This document shows positions 36,650 through 50,373 of a DNA stretch of 64,000 nt, piece after piece. The position numbers and the translations under genes were made by a program. A model generated the notes under the pieces. The model did no database searches. It had not been told where the DNA came from and worked only from the letters and a program-made list of their open reading frames with translations. Position 1 is the stretch's first letter. Each line of letters starts with the position of its first letter. The DNA is from an uncultured beta proteobacterium (GTDB lineage Bacteria; Pseudomonadota; Gammaproteobacteria; Burkholderiales; Burkholderiaceae_F), in assembly GCA_963766365.1 (NCBI GenBank), contig CAVXZK010000010.1:5783-69782 (forward strand), in the 5' to 3' direction.

Positions 36650-37417
36650 ATGCAACTCATCGGGTCATCGAGGTCGGTCGTGAAAAACGAAGCGTTCCTG
36701 TACAGCTACACCGCACCGCGCCTGTTCGAGAGGCACGACTACGTTCGCCAGTACACGCCGCTGGTACGCCGCATCGCGCACCAGATGGTCGCGAAGCTCC
36801 CGGCGAACGTCGAACTCGACGACATGATCCAGGCCGGCATGATGGGGCTGATGGACGCGATCTGCCGCTATGAGGAATCGCAGGGTACGCAGTTCGAGGT
36901 CTACGCGTCACAGCGCGTGCGCGGCGCCATGCTGGATGAACTGCGCGCCAACGACTGGCTGCCGCGCTCGGCGCGCCGCAGCCAGCGCGACATCGAGAAC
37001 GCAATCCATCGCCTCGAAGGCGAACTCAAGCGCGCACCCTTCGAAGCCGAAATCGCCAAAGAACTCGGGCTGCCGATCGCCGAGTACCGCCAGATGCTCA
37101 ACGAGGCGCGCGGCTCGCAGCTGGTCTACCTCGACGACCTCGGCGGCTTCGATAGCGACGATGACTATCTCGAGCGGCACTTTGCGGTCAGCGGTGGCGA
37201 GCCCGGCGAGTTACTGCGCGACAAGCGTTTTCGCCATGCACTGGTGGCCGCGATCGACGAGCTGCCGGAGCGCGAGAAGCTGCTGATGAGCCTCTACTAC
37301 GAGCAGGATCTGACGCTGCGCGAGATTGGCGCGGTCATGGGCATCACCGAGTCCCGCGTGTGCCAGCTGCACAGCCAGGCGGTGGCGCGCCTGCGTTCCA
37401 AACTCAAGAACTGGTAG
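36650..37417 (+). CDS. fliA: flagellar sigma factor sigma-28 (FliA)
   Basis: ..YTPLVRRIAHQMVAKLPANVELDDMIQAGMMGLMDAICRY.. (region 2) and ..LTLREIGAVMGITESRVCQLHSQAVARLR.. (region 4). The start is ATG 36650 or GTG 36680. The track ORF from 36146 is over-extended. Confidence 0.9.
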   Translation: MQLIGSSRSVVKNEAFLYSYTAPRLFERHDYVRQYTPLVRRIAHQMVAKLPANVELDDMIQAGMMGLMDAICRYEESQGTQFEVYASQRVRGAMLDELRANDWLPRSARRSQRDIENAIHRLEGELKRAPFEAEIAKELGLPIAEYRQMLNEARGSQLVYLDDLGGFDSDDDYLERHFAVSGGEPGELLRDKRFRHALVAAIDELPEREKLLMSLYYEQDLTLREIGAVMGITESRVCQLHSQAVARLRSKLKNW

Positions 37418-37479
37418 TTTCGCCGCACGCCGCCGTCAGAGCCGGGAGGCGATCGATGCGCGCCGCAGCGCGCCGCGTT

Positions 37480-37803
37480 TCAGTCGGGCCCGACGGCGCG
37501 CAGGGCGGCGAGGCGCGCATTGACGGTGCCGGCCCCCGACGTTGCAAGGCCCGCGACCGCCCGCCCGCCATCGACCGCGGCCAGCTGCGCCGCCTCGAAG
37601 GCGAATCGTTCATATTCATCGCTGCCGGTACGCCGCATTGCGCGCAGCGCGTTGGCCTGTGGCGCCAGCAGTCGCAGTACGTGGTCGCGGCGATTGCCGG
37701 CGTCGGCGAGTCGCGCCGCGTCGTTGGCGACCAGCGCATCGCTCTCGTCGTGAAGGGCCTGCAGCAGCTCGGCGAACAGGCGCGCGGTGGGGTTGTCACC
37801 CAT
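37480..37803 (-). CDS. flgN: FlgN-like flagellar export chaperone
   Basis: 107-aa helical protein directly downstream of the flgM-like gene. Its sequence pattern is only weakly FlgN-like, so the call rests largely on position. Confidence 0.45.
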   Translation of the reverse strand: MGDNPTARLFAELLQALHDESDALVANDAARLADAGNRRDHVLRLLAPQANALRAMRRTGSDEYERFAFEAAQLAAVDGGRAVAGLATSGAGTVNARLAALRAVGPD

Positions 37804-37806
37804 GGA

Positions 37807-38004
37807 TCAGTGCCTCCTTTCCGGCGCGATTGCCGACAGCACGCCGTCGGCGACTTCGCGACTGTCGGGTGCATAGCGGCCGGCCGCGATTTCGAGCTGC
37901 ATGGCCCGCACGCGCGTCTCGTTGACGCCGGCCGGAAGCGGCAGCGATCGTGCAGGCTGGATCCAGCCGCTGCACAGGATGTCGGGAAGGTGACGGGTCG
38001 TCAT
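37807..38004 (-). CDS. flgM: short anti-sigma-28 factor FlgM
   Basis: 65 aa. The C-terminus ..RVRAMQLEIAAGRYAPDSREVADGVLS.. matches the sigma-28-binding helix pattern of FlgM. A sigma-28-type promoter lies upstream. Confidence 0.55.
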   Translation of the reverse strand: MTTRHLPDILCSGWIQPARSLPLPAGVNETRVRAMQLEIAAGRYAPDSREVADGVLSAIAPERRH

Positions 38005-38031
38005 GTTTCTGCCGGAGACTTTATGGGGCGG

Positions 38032-38058
38032 AGTACGGCACGCACGCGGCGATCTTTA
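38032..38058 (-). promoter_or_regulatory. sigma-28 (class 3) type promoter upstream of flgM
   Basis: The minus strand reads TAAAGATC-N11-GCCGTACT, against the consensus TAAAGTTT-N11-GCCGATAA. The -10 element ends 27 nt upstream of the flgM ATG. Confidence 0.45.
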
Positions 38059-38153
38059 GCGACCGACGGCGCCGCGGCCGCTTTCCGTCGCTTCGGGGTG
38101 CGCCGCGGAAGCCGGCTGCGTGAGTTCAACGGCGGCCGTGGAGTATTCTTGAT

Positions 38154-41100
38154 TTGAAACCGATCGCGCCCCGTCGCCCACGCGTGTCAGATTCCACTAC
38201 CCGGCTTCGCCGTCCGACACCTCCGCGCGTGCGGCGTGATGAGGGTGCCGTGTCGGCGCCCGACGTCACTTCAACCGACCGCGGACTCGCGCTGGGGCTG
38301 GCGCCGGCAGGCTCTGCAGCCGCAGTAGCCACGGGCGCCCCGCGCACCCGGGTGACGGCGGCTCCCGGCCTCGAGTTCTTCGAAGAGTGTCCCGACGCGA
38401 TCCTGCGCTTCGACGCCCAGCGGCGAGTGGTGTATGCCAATCGGGCCATCGAACGTGCAACGGCCATCTCTCGTCGGGAGTTCGTCGACCACACGCTCGA
38501 TGAAGTCGAGCGCTTCGCCGAGTTCGCGCCGCTGTGGAATGAAAGCCTGGCCGCCGTGCTGGAGTCGCACGAGGGACGCTGGTTCAAGTTCTCGTATCCC
38601 CACCCCACGGGCACCAAGCTCTTTGACGTGCGACTGCAGCTGGAGACTGGCGTCGATCCCGAACATCTGCACGTCACCGCGGTGCTGCGTGACGTTACGG
38701 TGCCGAAGTCGGCACTGCGCGCCACCCGGGCGGCCGGGGAGTTCATCGAGGGGCTGCTGGCTAGCGCCAGCATTGGCATCGGTGTGCTCGATCGGGACTG
38801 CATCTACCGCGTCTGGAACGACCATCTCGAGGACCTGCTCGGCGTTTCCGCCCAGAAGGTGCTGGGTCAGCCTTTCAGCGCGGCGGCTGGCCTGTCGCGG
38901 CTGCCGGGCCTCGAGGCCGAAGTGCAAGCCCTGGCGGGCGGTGCGAAGCGTGCCCCGCTCGAGGTCGAAGCGCGGTCGCCGGATGGCGAGCGGCCATGGG
39001 TGCGCGTCAAGCTGACGCCGGTGTTCGACTCGAGCGGTCACTTCGACGGCGTGTTTGCAACCGTCGAGCGGATCGATCGGGAGCACTTTGCCGAAGGTTC
39101 GCTGACCGCGCTGCGGCGTGCGCTGGAACGCGTCGGTGAGATGGTCCTGGAGGTCGACCGCCACGGCAACGTCGTCGACGCCAACGACACGGCGCTGTCC
39201 ACACTGGGCTACGAGCGCGAGGCTCTGCGCGGTGTCGCACTGGGTGCGATCGACGTCGACATGGGTGACGGTGATTTTGAGACCCTTTACGAGCAGCTGC
39301 GCGTGCGCGGTTCCTACCGGGGATCTGCGAGCTACCGGACACGCTTCGGTTCGACCTTCCCGGTCGAGGTCGTCGTGCAGCGGGTGGAGCAGAGCGGTCG
39401 TGAGTTCATACTGCTGCTCGCGCGTGACGCGAGCGAGCGGCGACGCGCGGAACTCGCCCTCACGGACAGCGCGGAACGCTTCCGCGCGCTGTTCGACGAA
39501 AGCCCCGTGGCAACGCTGCTGCTGGACGCCGGTTTTCGTGTGATCGGCGCCAATCAGGCAGCCAGCGAGACGCTGGGGTACTCGGTCGACGAACTCGTCG
39601 GGCGGGACCCGGAGGCGCTGGTCTTCCCGGAGGACCAGCGTGGCTACTGCACGACGCGCGAGAGGCTGCTCTCGGGCGAGCTGCAAAGCGATACGGACGA
39701 GCGCCGTTTCGTGCATCACGACGGCCGCATGGTCTGGACCCGGCTGCATGCGCGCGCGGTGGCCGGCGGCGAAGGACTGCGGCATTACCTCGTGGTGCTG
39801 GAGAACTTCACCGATCGCAAGATCTTCGAGGAACAGCTGCAGGTCGCACTGCGCGACCAGCAGACGCTGTTCGAGACGATGTCGGTGGGCGTGGCACAGA
39901 CCATGTCCGGCAAGATCCTGCTCGCCAACCGCGAGTTCGCTGACATGTTCGGCTACCGCGATGGCCAGGTCATCGGCATGCCGCTATGGGACCTGACGAT
40001 CGACCGTGACAACCGCATGCCGAACGAGATCTCGGGCATGCCGGTCGTGCGGGCCAACCAGACGACGAGTGCCGAGGTCGTGCTGTTCCGCAAGGACGGC
40101 GAGCCGATCTGGTGCCTGGTGCAGGCGCGGCCGATCCAGTCGGAAACGCCGGGCCTGGAATCGCTGCGCGAGGCGATCTACACGTTCCAGAACATCTCAG
40201 AGATGAAGCGGCAGCGCGAGGCATTGAGCCGCTCGCTGCTCGAACTCAACGTCGTGCTCGACGCGACGGCGACCGGGGTCATGCACCTGCAGGAAGACAA
40301 GGTGGTCCGCTGCAACGCGCAGGCGCAGCTCATGTTCGGCCGCCCCGGTGCCGAACTGGTCGGCACGCCGATCGGTGCGCTGTTTGCTTCGGAGGCCGAC
40401 TACTTTGAGGCAATCACACCGCTGCGCGCCCAGCTTGCGACCGGCAATCCGGTGTCCTTCGAGGGCCTGATGCAGGGTCGAAGCGGTACGTTCTGGGGCC
40501 TTGTGTCGTTGCGCAATGTCGATGCGCAGGCGCCCGCGAAGGGAATGATCGCGTCGATTCTCGACATTTCCGACCGCAAGAAGCAGGAAGAAGAGCTGCA
40601 GACAGCGCTGGCGCAGCAGCAGCTGATTTTCGATACCGCCCTGGTGGGGTTGCTGTTCGTGCGCGATGGCCGTCCCGTTCGGGCCAATAGCGCGATGGAC
40701 GAGTTGCTGGCTTGCGAGCCCGGCGGGCTGGTGAAGCAAATTCAGCTCTTCACGCACCCTACCGATCACCTGCTGCTCGCCAGCCTCGCGGAACACTATC
40801 CGCGCATCCGCGAGACCGGTGCCTGCGAGTTCGAGCTCTACATGTACCGGCGCAAGGCCGACCCGATCTGGGTGGCGGTGCAGGGACGCGCGGTCAATCC
40901 GGAGCGGCCCGAGCTGGGTTACATCTTTGCCTTTGTCGACATCGACGAGCGCAAGCGCTCGGAGCGCGAGCTGCGCTCGACGCTCACCGAGCTGCAGCTT
41001 ATCTTCGACAACGCACTGGTCGCGATGCTGTATGTATCGAACGACCTCATCCTCAAGGCCAACGCGGCGACCGAGCGGCTGTTCGGCTACGACCCGCGTG

Positions 41101-42764
41101 ACTATTCGGAACTCGTGGTCTCTTCGCTCTTTGCGGCGCCGGTCGACTGGGAGCAGGTTGCGGCCGAAGTCATGGAGACCGGCCCCGACGAGCGCTACTC
41201 GTTCGAGCTGCTGATGCGCCGGGCCGACGGAACCACCTTCTGGTGCGCCGGCAACGGCCGGCTGCTCGAGCCGGGCTCCCCCGAGCGCGGCCTCATCCTG
41301 TCGTTGATGGATGTCGACGCGCGCCGCCGATCCGAGGAGGAGCTGAAGCGGGTGCGCAACTACCTCGACCTGGTGGTCGAGAATCTGCCGGTGCTGGTGT
41401 CGGTCCGCGAGGCCGAGACCGGCCGCTTTGTCAGCTTGAATCGCGCCGGCGAGCAGATCACCGGACTGTCGCGACAGCAGGTGATCGGCCGCACCTGGCG
41501 CGAGGTGTACGCGCGGCAGTTTGCCGACCTTTACGCCGAACTCGACCGCAAGGCGCTGGCCTCGGGGTCGCAGGTTGATCGCCCGCGCGACGTGATGTTG
41601 CGGGCGGACGGCAAGCGGCTCACGGTCAATCAGCGCGTCGTGCCGCTGTTCGAGCCGGGCCCCGGTGTCGAGGCGCTGCCGCGCTATGTCATGTCGATCA
41701 TCGATGACCTGACCGAGGAAGTCCGCGCCGAGGTGGCGCTGCGCGAGACCGAGGCGCGCTTCCGCCAGTTCGCCGAGAACATCGACCAGCTGCTGTTCAT
41801 CATGACCGGAGATTTCTCCGGAGTGCTGTATGTCAACCCGCGCTACCAGGCACTGCTCGGCGCGCCGGTCGGGGAGCTGATCGAGAACCCGCGCAGTGCG
41901 CTGCGGCACGTCGTGGGCGAGGACTCGCCGCGCGTGCTGCGCATGCTGCCGCGACTGGTCGCGCGCATGCGGCGCCTGCTGCGTTCCGAGTTCCGCGTGC
42001 GCATCAATCACCCGTCGCGGGGCGTGCGCCTGATCGACATCCGCCTGAACCCGGTCCGCATGGAGGATGGAGCGATCCGCGTGTTCGGCGTGGCCGATGA
42101 CATCACCGAGCGCGAGGCCGCCGAGCGCCAGCGCATGGAAGAGATTGTCAAGCAGCGCGACATCCTGGTGCGCGAGGTGCATCACCGCATCAAGAACAAT
42201 CTGCAGGGCGTGGCGGGCCTGATACAGCAGGCGGCAGTCGCGCGGCCCGAAGTGGCGCCGGCCCTCGAGGAAGCTGCGGCCCAGATCCAGGCTATCGCGC
42301 AGGTGCACGGCCTGCAGATCCGCTCCACCGGGACCCTGCCGGTGCTCGGGGTGGCGCAAGGCATCTTCCAGAATCTCGCCAGCATGTTCGGCGTTGAGAT
42401 CCGTTTCGAACCGCCGCCCCCGGACCTCTGGCGCTATGGCCTGCCGGAAAGCGAGGCGGTGCCGCTGGCGCTGGTCATCAACGAACTGGGAACCAACGCG
42501 ATCAAACACCGCACGAGCCGGTCGGACGTGATCCAGGTGCGCGTGAACGCGCGGGCCGAAGGCATGGACTTTTTGATCGAGAACCCGGGGCAACTCAAGC
42601 AGGGCTTCAGCCTGCAGGACATTGCCGCGAGCGTGTCCGGTCTCGGTCTGGTGAAGGCGCTGTTGCCGCGTCGAGGCGCACAGCTGTCGATAGAAGGTAC
42701 CGGTAATGTCGTGCTGGCGCGCCTGCAGCTGTCGCCGCCGGCGGTTCGCGAGGAGAATGTCTGA
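38154..42764 (+). CDS. cytoplasmic multi-PAS sensor histidine kinase, HisKA_2/HATPase (PdtaS-like output)
   Basis: About 1500 aa with no TM segment seen. It has about 10-11 PAS-like modules, separated by recurring linkers (RDASERRRAELAL, ENFTDRKIFEEQL, QNISEMKRQREAL, LDISDRKKQEEEL, VDIDERKRSEREL, MDVDARRRSEEEL, DDITEREAAERQ). The phosphoacceptor is ..REVHHRIKNNLQGV... The true start is uncertain (the track uses TTG at 38154 and there is no in-frame ATG nearby). Confidence 0.88.
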   Translation: MKPIAPRRPRVSDSTTRLRRPTPPRVRRDEGAVSAPDVTSTDRGLALGLAPAGSAAAVATGAPRTRVTAAPGLEFFEECPDAILRFDAQRRVVYANRAIERATAISRREFVDHTLDEVERFAEFAPLWNESLAAVLESHEGRWFKFSYPHPTGTKLFDVRLQLETGVDPEHLHVTAVLRDVTVPKSALRATRAAGEFIEGLLASASIGIGVLDRDCIYRVWNDHLEDLLGVSAQKVLGQPFSAAAGLSRLPGLEAEVQALAGGAKRAPLEVEARSPDGERPWVRVKLTPVFDSSGHFDGVFATVERIDREHFAEGSLTALRRALERVGEMVLEVDRHGNVVDANDTALSTLGYEREALRGVALGAIDVDMGDGDFETLYEQLRVRGSYRGSASYRTRFGSTFPVEVVVQRVEQSGREFILLLARDASERRRAELALTDSAERFRALFDESPVATLLLDAGFRVIGANQAASETLGYSVDELVGRDPEALVFPEDQRGYCTTRERLLSGELQSDTDERRFVHHDGRMVWTRLHARAVAGGEGLRHYLVVLENFTDRKIFEEQLQVALRDQQTLFETMSVGVAQTMSGKILLANREFADMFGYRDGQVIGMPLWDLTIDRDNRMPNEISGMPVVRANQTTSAEVVLFRKDGEPIWCLVQARPIQSETPGLESLREAIYTFQNISEMKRQREALSRSLLELNVVLDATATGVMHLQEDKVVRCNAQAQLMFGRPGAELVGTPIGALFASEADYFEAITPLRAQLATGNPVSFEGLMQGRSGTFWGLVSLRNVDAQAPAKGMIASILDISDRKKQEEELQTALAQQQLIFDTALVGLLFVRDGRPVRANSAMDELLACEPGGLVKQIQLFTHPTDHLLLASLAEHYPRIRETGACEFELYMYRRKADPIWVAVQGRAVNPERPELGYIFAFVDIDERKRSERELRSTLTELQLIFDNALVAMLYVSNDLILKANAATERLFGYDPRDYSELVVSSLFAAPVDWEQVAAEVMETGPDERYSFELLMRRADGTTFWCAGNGRLLEPGSPERGLILSLMDVDARRRSEEELKRVRNYLDLVVENLPVLVSVREAETGRFVSLNRAGEQITGLSRQQVIGRTWREVYARQFADLYAELDRKALASGSQVDRPRDVMLRADGKRLTVNQRVVPLFEPGPGVEALPRYVMSIIDDLTEEVRAEVALRETEARFRQFAENIDQLLFIMTGDFSGVLYVNPRYQALLGAPVGELIENPRSALRHVVGEDSPRVLRMLPRLVARMRRLLRSEFRVRINHPSRGVRLIDIRLNPVRMEDGAIRVFGVADDITEREAAERQRMEEIVKQRDILVREVHHRIKNNLQGVAGLIQQAAVARPEVAPALEEAAAQIQAIAQVHGLQIRSTGTLPVLGVAQGIFQNLASMFGVEIRFEPPPPDLWRYGLPESEAVPLALVINELGTNAIKHRTSRSDVIQVRVNARAEGMDFLIENPGQLKQGFSLQDIAASVSGLGLVKALLPRRGAQLSIEGTGNVVLARLQLSPPAVREENV

Positions 42765-42809
42765 GCCGACGCACCGGAGTACCGGCGGCGTCTGCGAAAA
42801 CGAGCGAAG

Positions 42810-43400
42810 ATGAACGAAGAACATCCCCTGATACTCGTGGTTGATGACGACCGCCTCGTCCTGGCGACGCTGGTCGCCGGTCTCAAGCAGGCAGGCTTCG
42901 AGGTGATCGAGGCTGACAATGGTGACGATGCGATCCTGCTGGCGCGCCAGTACAAGCCAAAGCTCGCGATCCTCGACATGCGCATGCAGGGCAAGTCCGG
43001 AATGGACGTCGCGCGCTACCTCGCGGCGAACACCGGCACCGGCTTCATGTTCCTGTCGGCCTTTGGCGATGCCGACATCGTCGAGGAAGCGACGCGCATG
43101 GGCGCGCTCGGCTACCTCGTGAAGCCGCTTGACGTGCGGCAGATCGTGCCCGCTGTCCGTGCCGCACTGGCGCGCTGGGAGGAACTGCGGGCCACGCCCG
43201 TCGTTGCGCCCGAGGGCAGCGGGACGCCGGGCCGCGAGGAATGCATCGCGCTGGGCATCCTGATGGAGCGGCTGCGCATCGACTACGACCGCGCACTGGA
43301 GGCCCTGCGCGCACAGGCACGCGCCGAGGGCATGAATGTCGCCCAGCTCGCGGCCAACATGGTCGAAGCGGCCAACCGCCTCAACTCGATCCCGCGCTAG
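42810..43400 (+). CDS. REC-ANTAR response regulator (PdtaR/AmiR-like RNA-binding antiterminator)
   Basis: ..LILVVDDDRL..AILDMRMQG.. is the receiver. The C-terminal ..IALGILMERLRIDYDRALEALRAQARAEGMNVAQLAANMVEAAN is the ANTAR domain. Confidence 0.9.
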   Translation: MNEEHPLILVVDDDRLVLATLVAGLKQAGFEVIEADNGDDAILLARQYKPKLAILDMRMQGKSGMDVARYLAANTGTGFMFLSAFGDADIVEEATRMGALGYLVKPLDVRQIVPAVRAALARWEELRATPVVAPEGSGTPGREECIALGILMERLRIDYDRALEALRAQARAEGMNVAQLAANMVEAANRLNSIPR

Positions 43401-43406
43401 GCGCCG

Positions 43407-43814
43407 ATGCCACCGGGCGACTACATCCAGCGCTTTGGCTTTCGTCGCTGGTACGAACGGCAACTGATCGAAAGCCACGGCTATCTGGCGCTGGGCTTCG
43501 TGGCGCTCATCCTGATGCTGTCGGGCGCTGAGGTGCTGAGCGACATGAAAGCCGGCGCCGGCTACGTCACCACGCTGCTGGTGGCAGCGGGTGGTGGGCT
43601 GCTGGTCCTGGTGTCCTGGAAGCGCTTCAACGTGCTGCTGGCGCGGGCAGAACGCTTTGCCGAAGCCGCCGAGTGCCCGGCCTGCAAGACGTGGGGCAAG
43701 TTCCGCGTGCTCGGCCAGGAAGCCGCCCCCGAAGACGACCCTCCCGAGGCCGGCCGCCCCCGCTGGCTGCGCGTGCGCTGCACGAAGTGCGGGGGGGAGT
43801 GGAAGATAGGGTGA
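43407..43814 (+). CDS. membrane protein with C-terminal CxxC..CxxC zinc ribbon
   Basis: 135 aa with two TM helices, then ..AECPACKTWGKFRV..RVRCTKCGGEWKIG. Confidence 0.55.
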   Translation: MPPGDYIQRFGFRRWYERQLIESHGYLALGFVALILMLSGAEVLSDMKAGAGYVTTLLVAAGGGLLVLVSWKRFNVLLARAERFAEAAECPACKTWGKFRVLGQEAAPEDDPPEAGRPRWLRVRCTKCGGEWKIG

Positions 43815-44193
43815 GCGTCGCTCGTGTACGCGATCGGCTGCGCCGATCGCACGTGCACTTGCTCCGATACGGTTCGCGCCCTGCGCGAACCGTTCAACAC
43901 TGATCAGTCGGCTGCACTCCGGAGCGGCCGCGCGCTTCGCCGAGTAACCAAGGCGGTTACTCCACCCCGCGACGCATCTTGCGGTGCCAGGATTGCCTTT
44001 CCCTCCTCGCCCGGCGAGGAGGGTGCAGGGAGGAGTGCGCCATTCCCTCCCGCGTGGCGGGAGGGCAGGGTAGGTGCACGGGAGTTAAAAGTCGGCGGAG
44101 TGCGCGGCCGCTCCGGAGCGCAGCCGACCAACTAATCGGAGCGAGTGCACGTGCAAGTCCTGGCAGCGCCGGGACTTGCGTACACGAGCGGCG
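43815..44193. repeat. nested-palindrome repeat element, copy B
   Basis: Homologous to 33032-33427. It exactly fills the gap between the TGA of the 43407-43814 gene and the stop (44194-44196) of the convergent kinase gene. Confidence 0.8.
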
Positions 44194-45760
44194 CTACTCC
44201 CAAAGCGTGAAGTAGAACGTCGCCCCGTGCCCGGGATTCGGGGCGGGGACGGCTTCGGCCCAGATGCGACCGCCGTGGCGGCGGATGATTTTCTGCACGG
44301 TGGCAAGGCCAACACCGGTGCCGGGAAATTCGTTGGCACTGTGGAAACGCTGAAACAGGCCGAAGAGCTTCTCGGCGAAACGCATGTCGAAGCCGGCCCC
44401 GTTGTCCTTCACGAAATAGGTGCGCGTGGCGTGGTCGTCCCGGGTACCGAATTCAATTCGTGCTTGCGGTGTCTTGGCGGTGAACTTCCACGCATTGCCC
44501 AGCAGGTTCTGCAGCACCAGGCGCAGCAGTGTGCTGTCGCCGTCGGCGCGCAAATCCGGTGCGATGACGAATTCAACGGCGCGCGTATGGTCCTGGCCGC
44601 GCAGATCATCGGTGAGTTCGCGGGCGATCTGGGTCAGGTCGACGCGCTCGCGCGTGAGTTCGCGGCTGGTCATGCGCGACAGGGACAGCAGCGTCTCGAT
44701 CATCGAGTTCATGCGCTGGCCGGCGGCGACGATCCGTCGCAGGTGGTCGCGGCCGAGTTCGTCCAGCGGCTTGCCGCGGTCTCCGTAGTCCTCGAGCACG
44801 ATCGTGGCGAAGCCGTCCACGACGCGTAGCGGGGCGCGCAGGTCGTGCGACACGGAGTAGGAGAAGCTGTCGAGTTCGCGCAGCGCGTGCTCGAGCTCGA
44901 CCGAGCGTTCGGCGAGTTGCCGGTTCCGCTGCTCGAGGTCTGACTTCAGCTGAGTGACCTCGCCGGCCGTCGCCGGGGCGGCGCTCCCGAGCAGGGGAGT
45001 GAGGTCGTGCGCGGCGCCGGCATAGCCGCGGAAGGTGCCAGTGCCAGAGAACAACGGCGCGCCCGAGAGGGCGAGGATACGCAGCGGCTGTCCATCGGTT
45101 CCGTTCACCTCGACGCGCACGTCGAAGTAGGGTGCGCGCGCGGCGAGTGCCGTCAGCAGAGCGCGCGGTGCGTCGGCCCCTGGGGCGATTTCCCACGGGC
45201 GGCGGCCGACGAGGGACTTGCAGTCGAACCAGTCAATCGCACGATGACTGCGCTCGACTTCGACAACCAAGCCATCCGCGTTGGTGCGCCACGACCAGGT
45301 GGCCGAGGCGGCCAGGGATTGCCGCATTGCATTGAGTTCGCGTCGGGAACGGTGCTGCTGGGCGAGCACGACGCCAGTCAGTGCGATGAGCGCGCCGATC
45401 GACGCGGCGCCAAGCAGCCACAGCGCGGCGATGCCGCCCTGCGGCGCGCCGAGCGCCACGGTGGCCGCCGACGCGGGCGATGCCGCGCTGGCTGCGACGA
45501 ATGTCGCTGCGGCCGCTCTAGCGACGCGTGCGAGTGCACGCTCGCGTGCACCGGCGCGTGTCTGCGCGTTCCTCGTCAGAAAAGTTGCTTTCCCCACCGG
45601 TTCCGATTGTGCAGCAACACAGGGGCCGACGCGAGTGCGCACGCCTGCTTGGCGGTGTCTGAAATGCCCTTGGAGGGTGCGGCTTTTCAAGGGGTTGGGC
45701 TCCCCGCTTCGGACTAGCCTGCCATGACGTTCCGACTGGTGCGTTCGCTCGCGCCCATTC

Positions 45761-45762
<2 letters not shown>
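44194..45762 (-). CDS. membrane sensor histidine kinase (PAS-like, HisKA, HATPase_c)
   Basis: ..[19 protein letters not shown].. H-box, ..LLGNAWKFT.. N-box and ..GTGVGLATV.. G2 box. The N-terminal extent is uncertain. Confidence 0.85.
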
Positions 45763-50357
<4,595 letters not shown>

Positions 50358-50373
50358 GGGTGAAGTGCGAGTA

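Noticed and set aside
40197-43478. 1093-aa ORF on the minus strand
   Set aside because: It is antisense to the multi-PAS kinase and the ANTAR regulator, both of which have unmistakable motifs on the plus strand. It is a shadow ORF.
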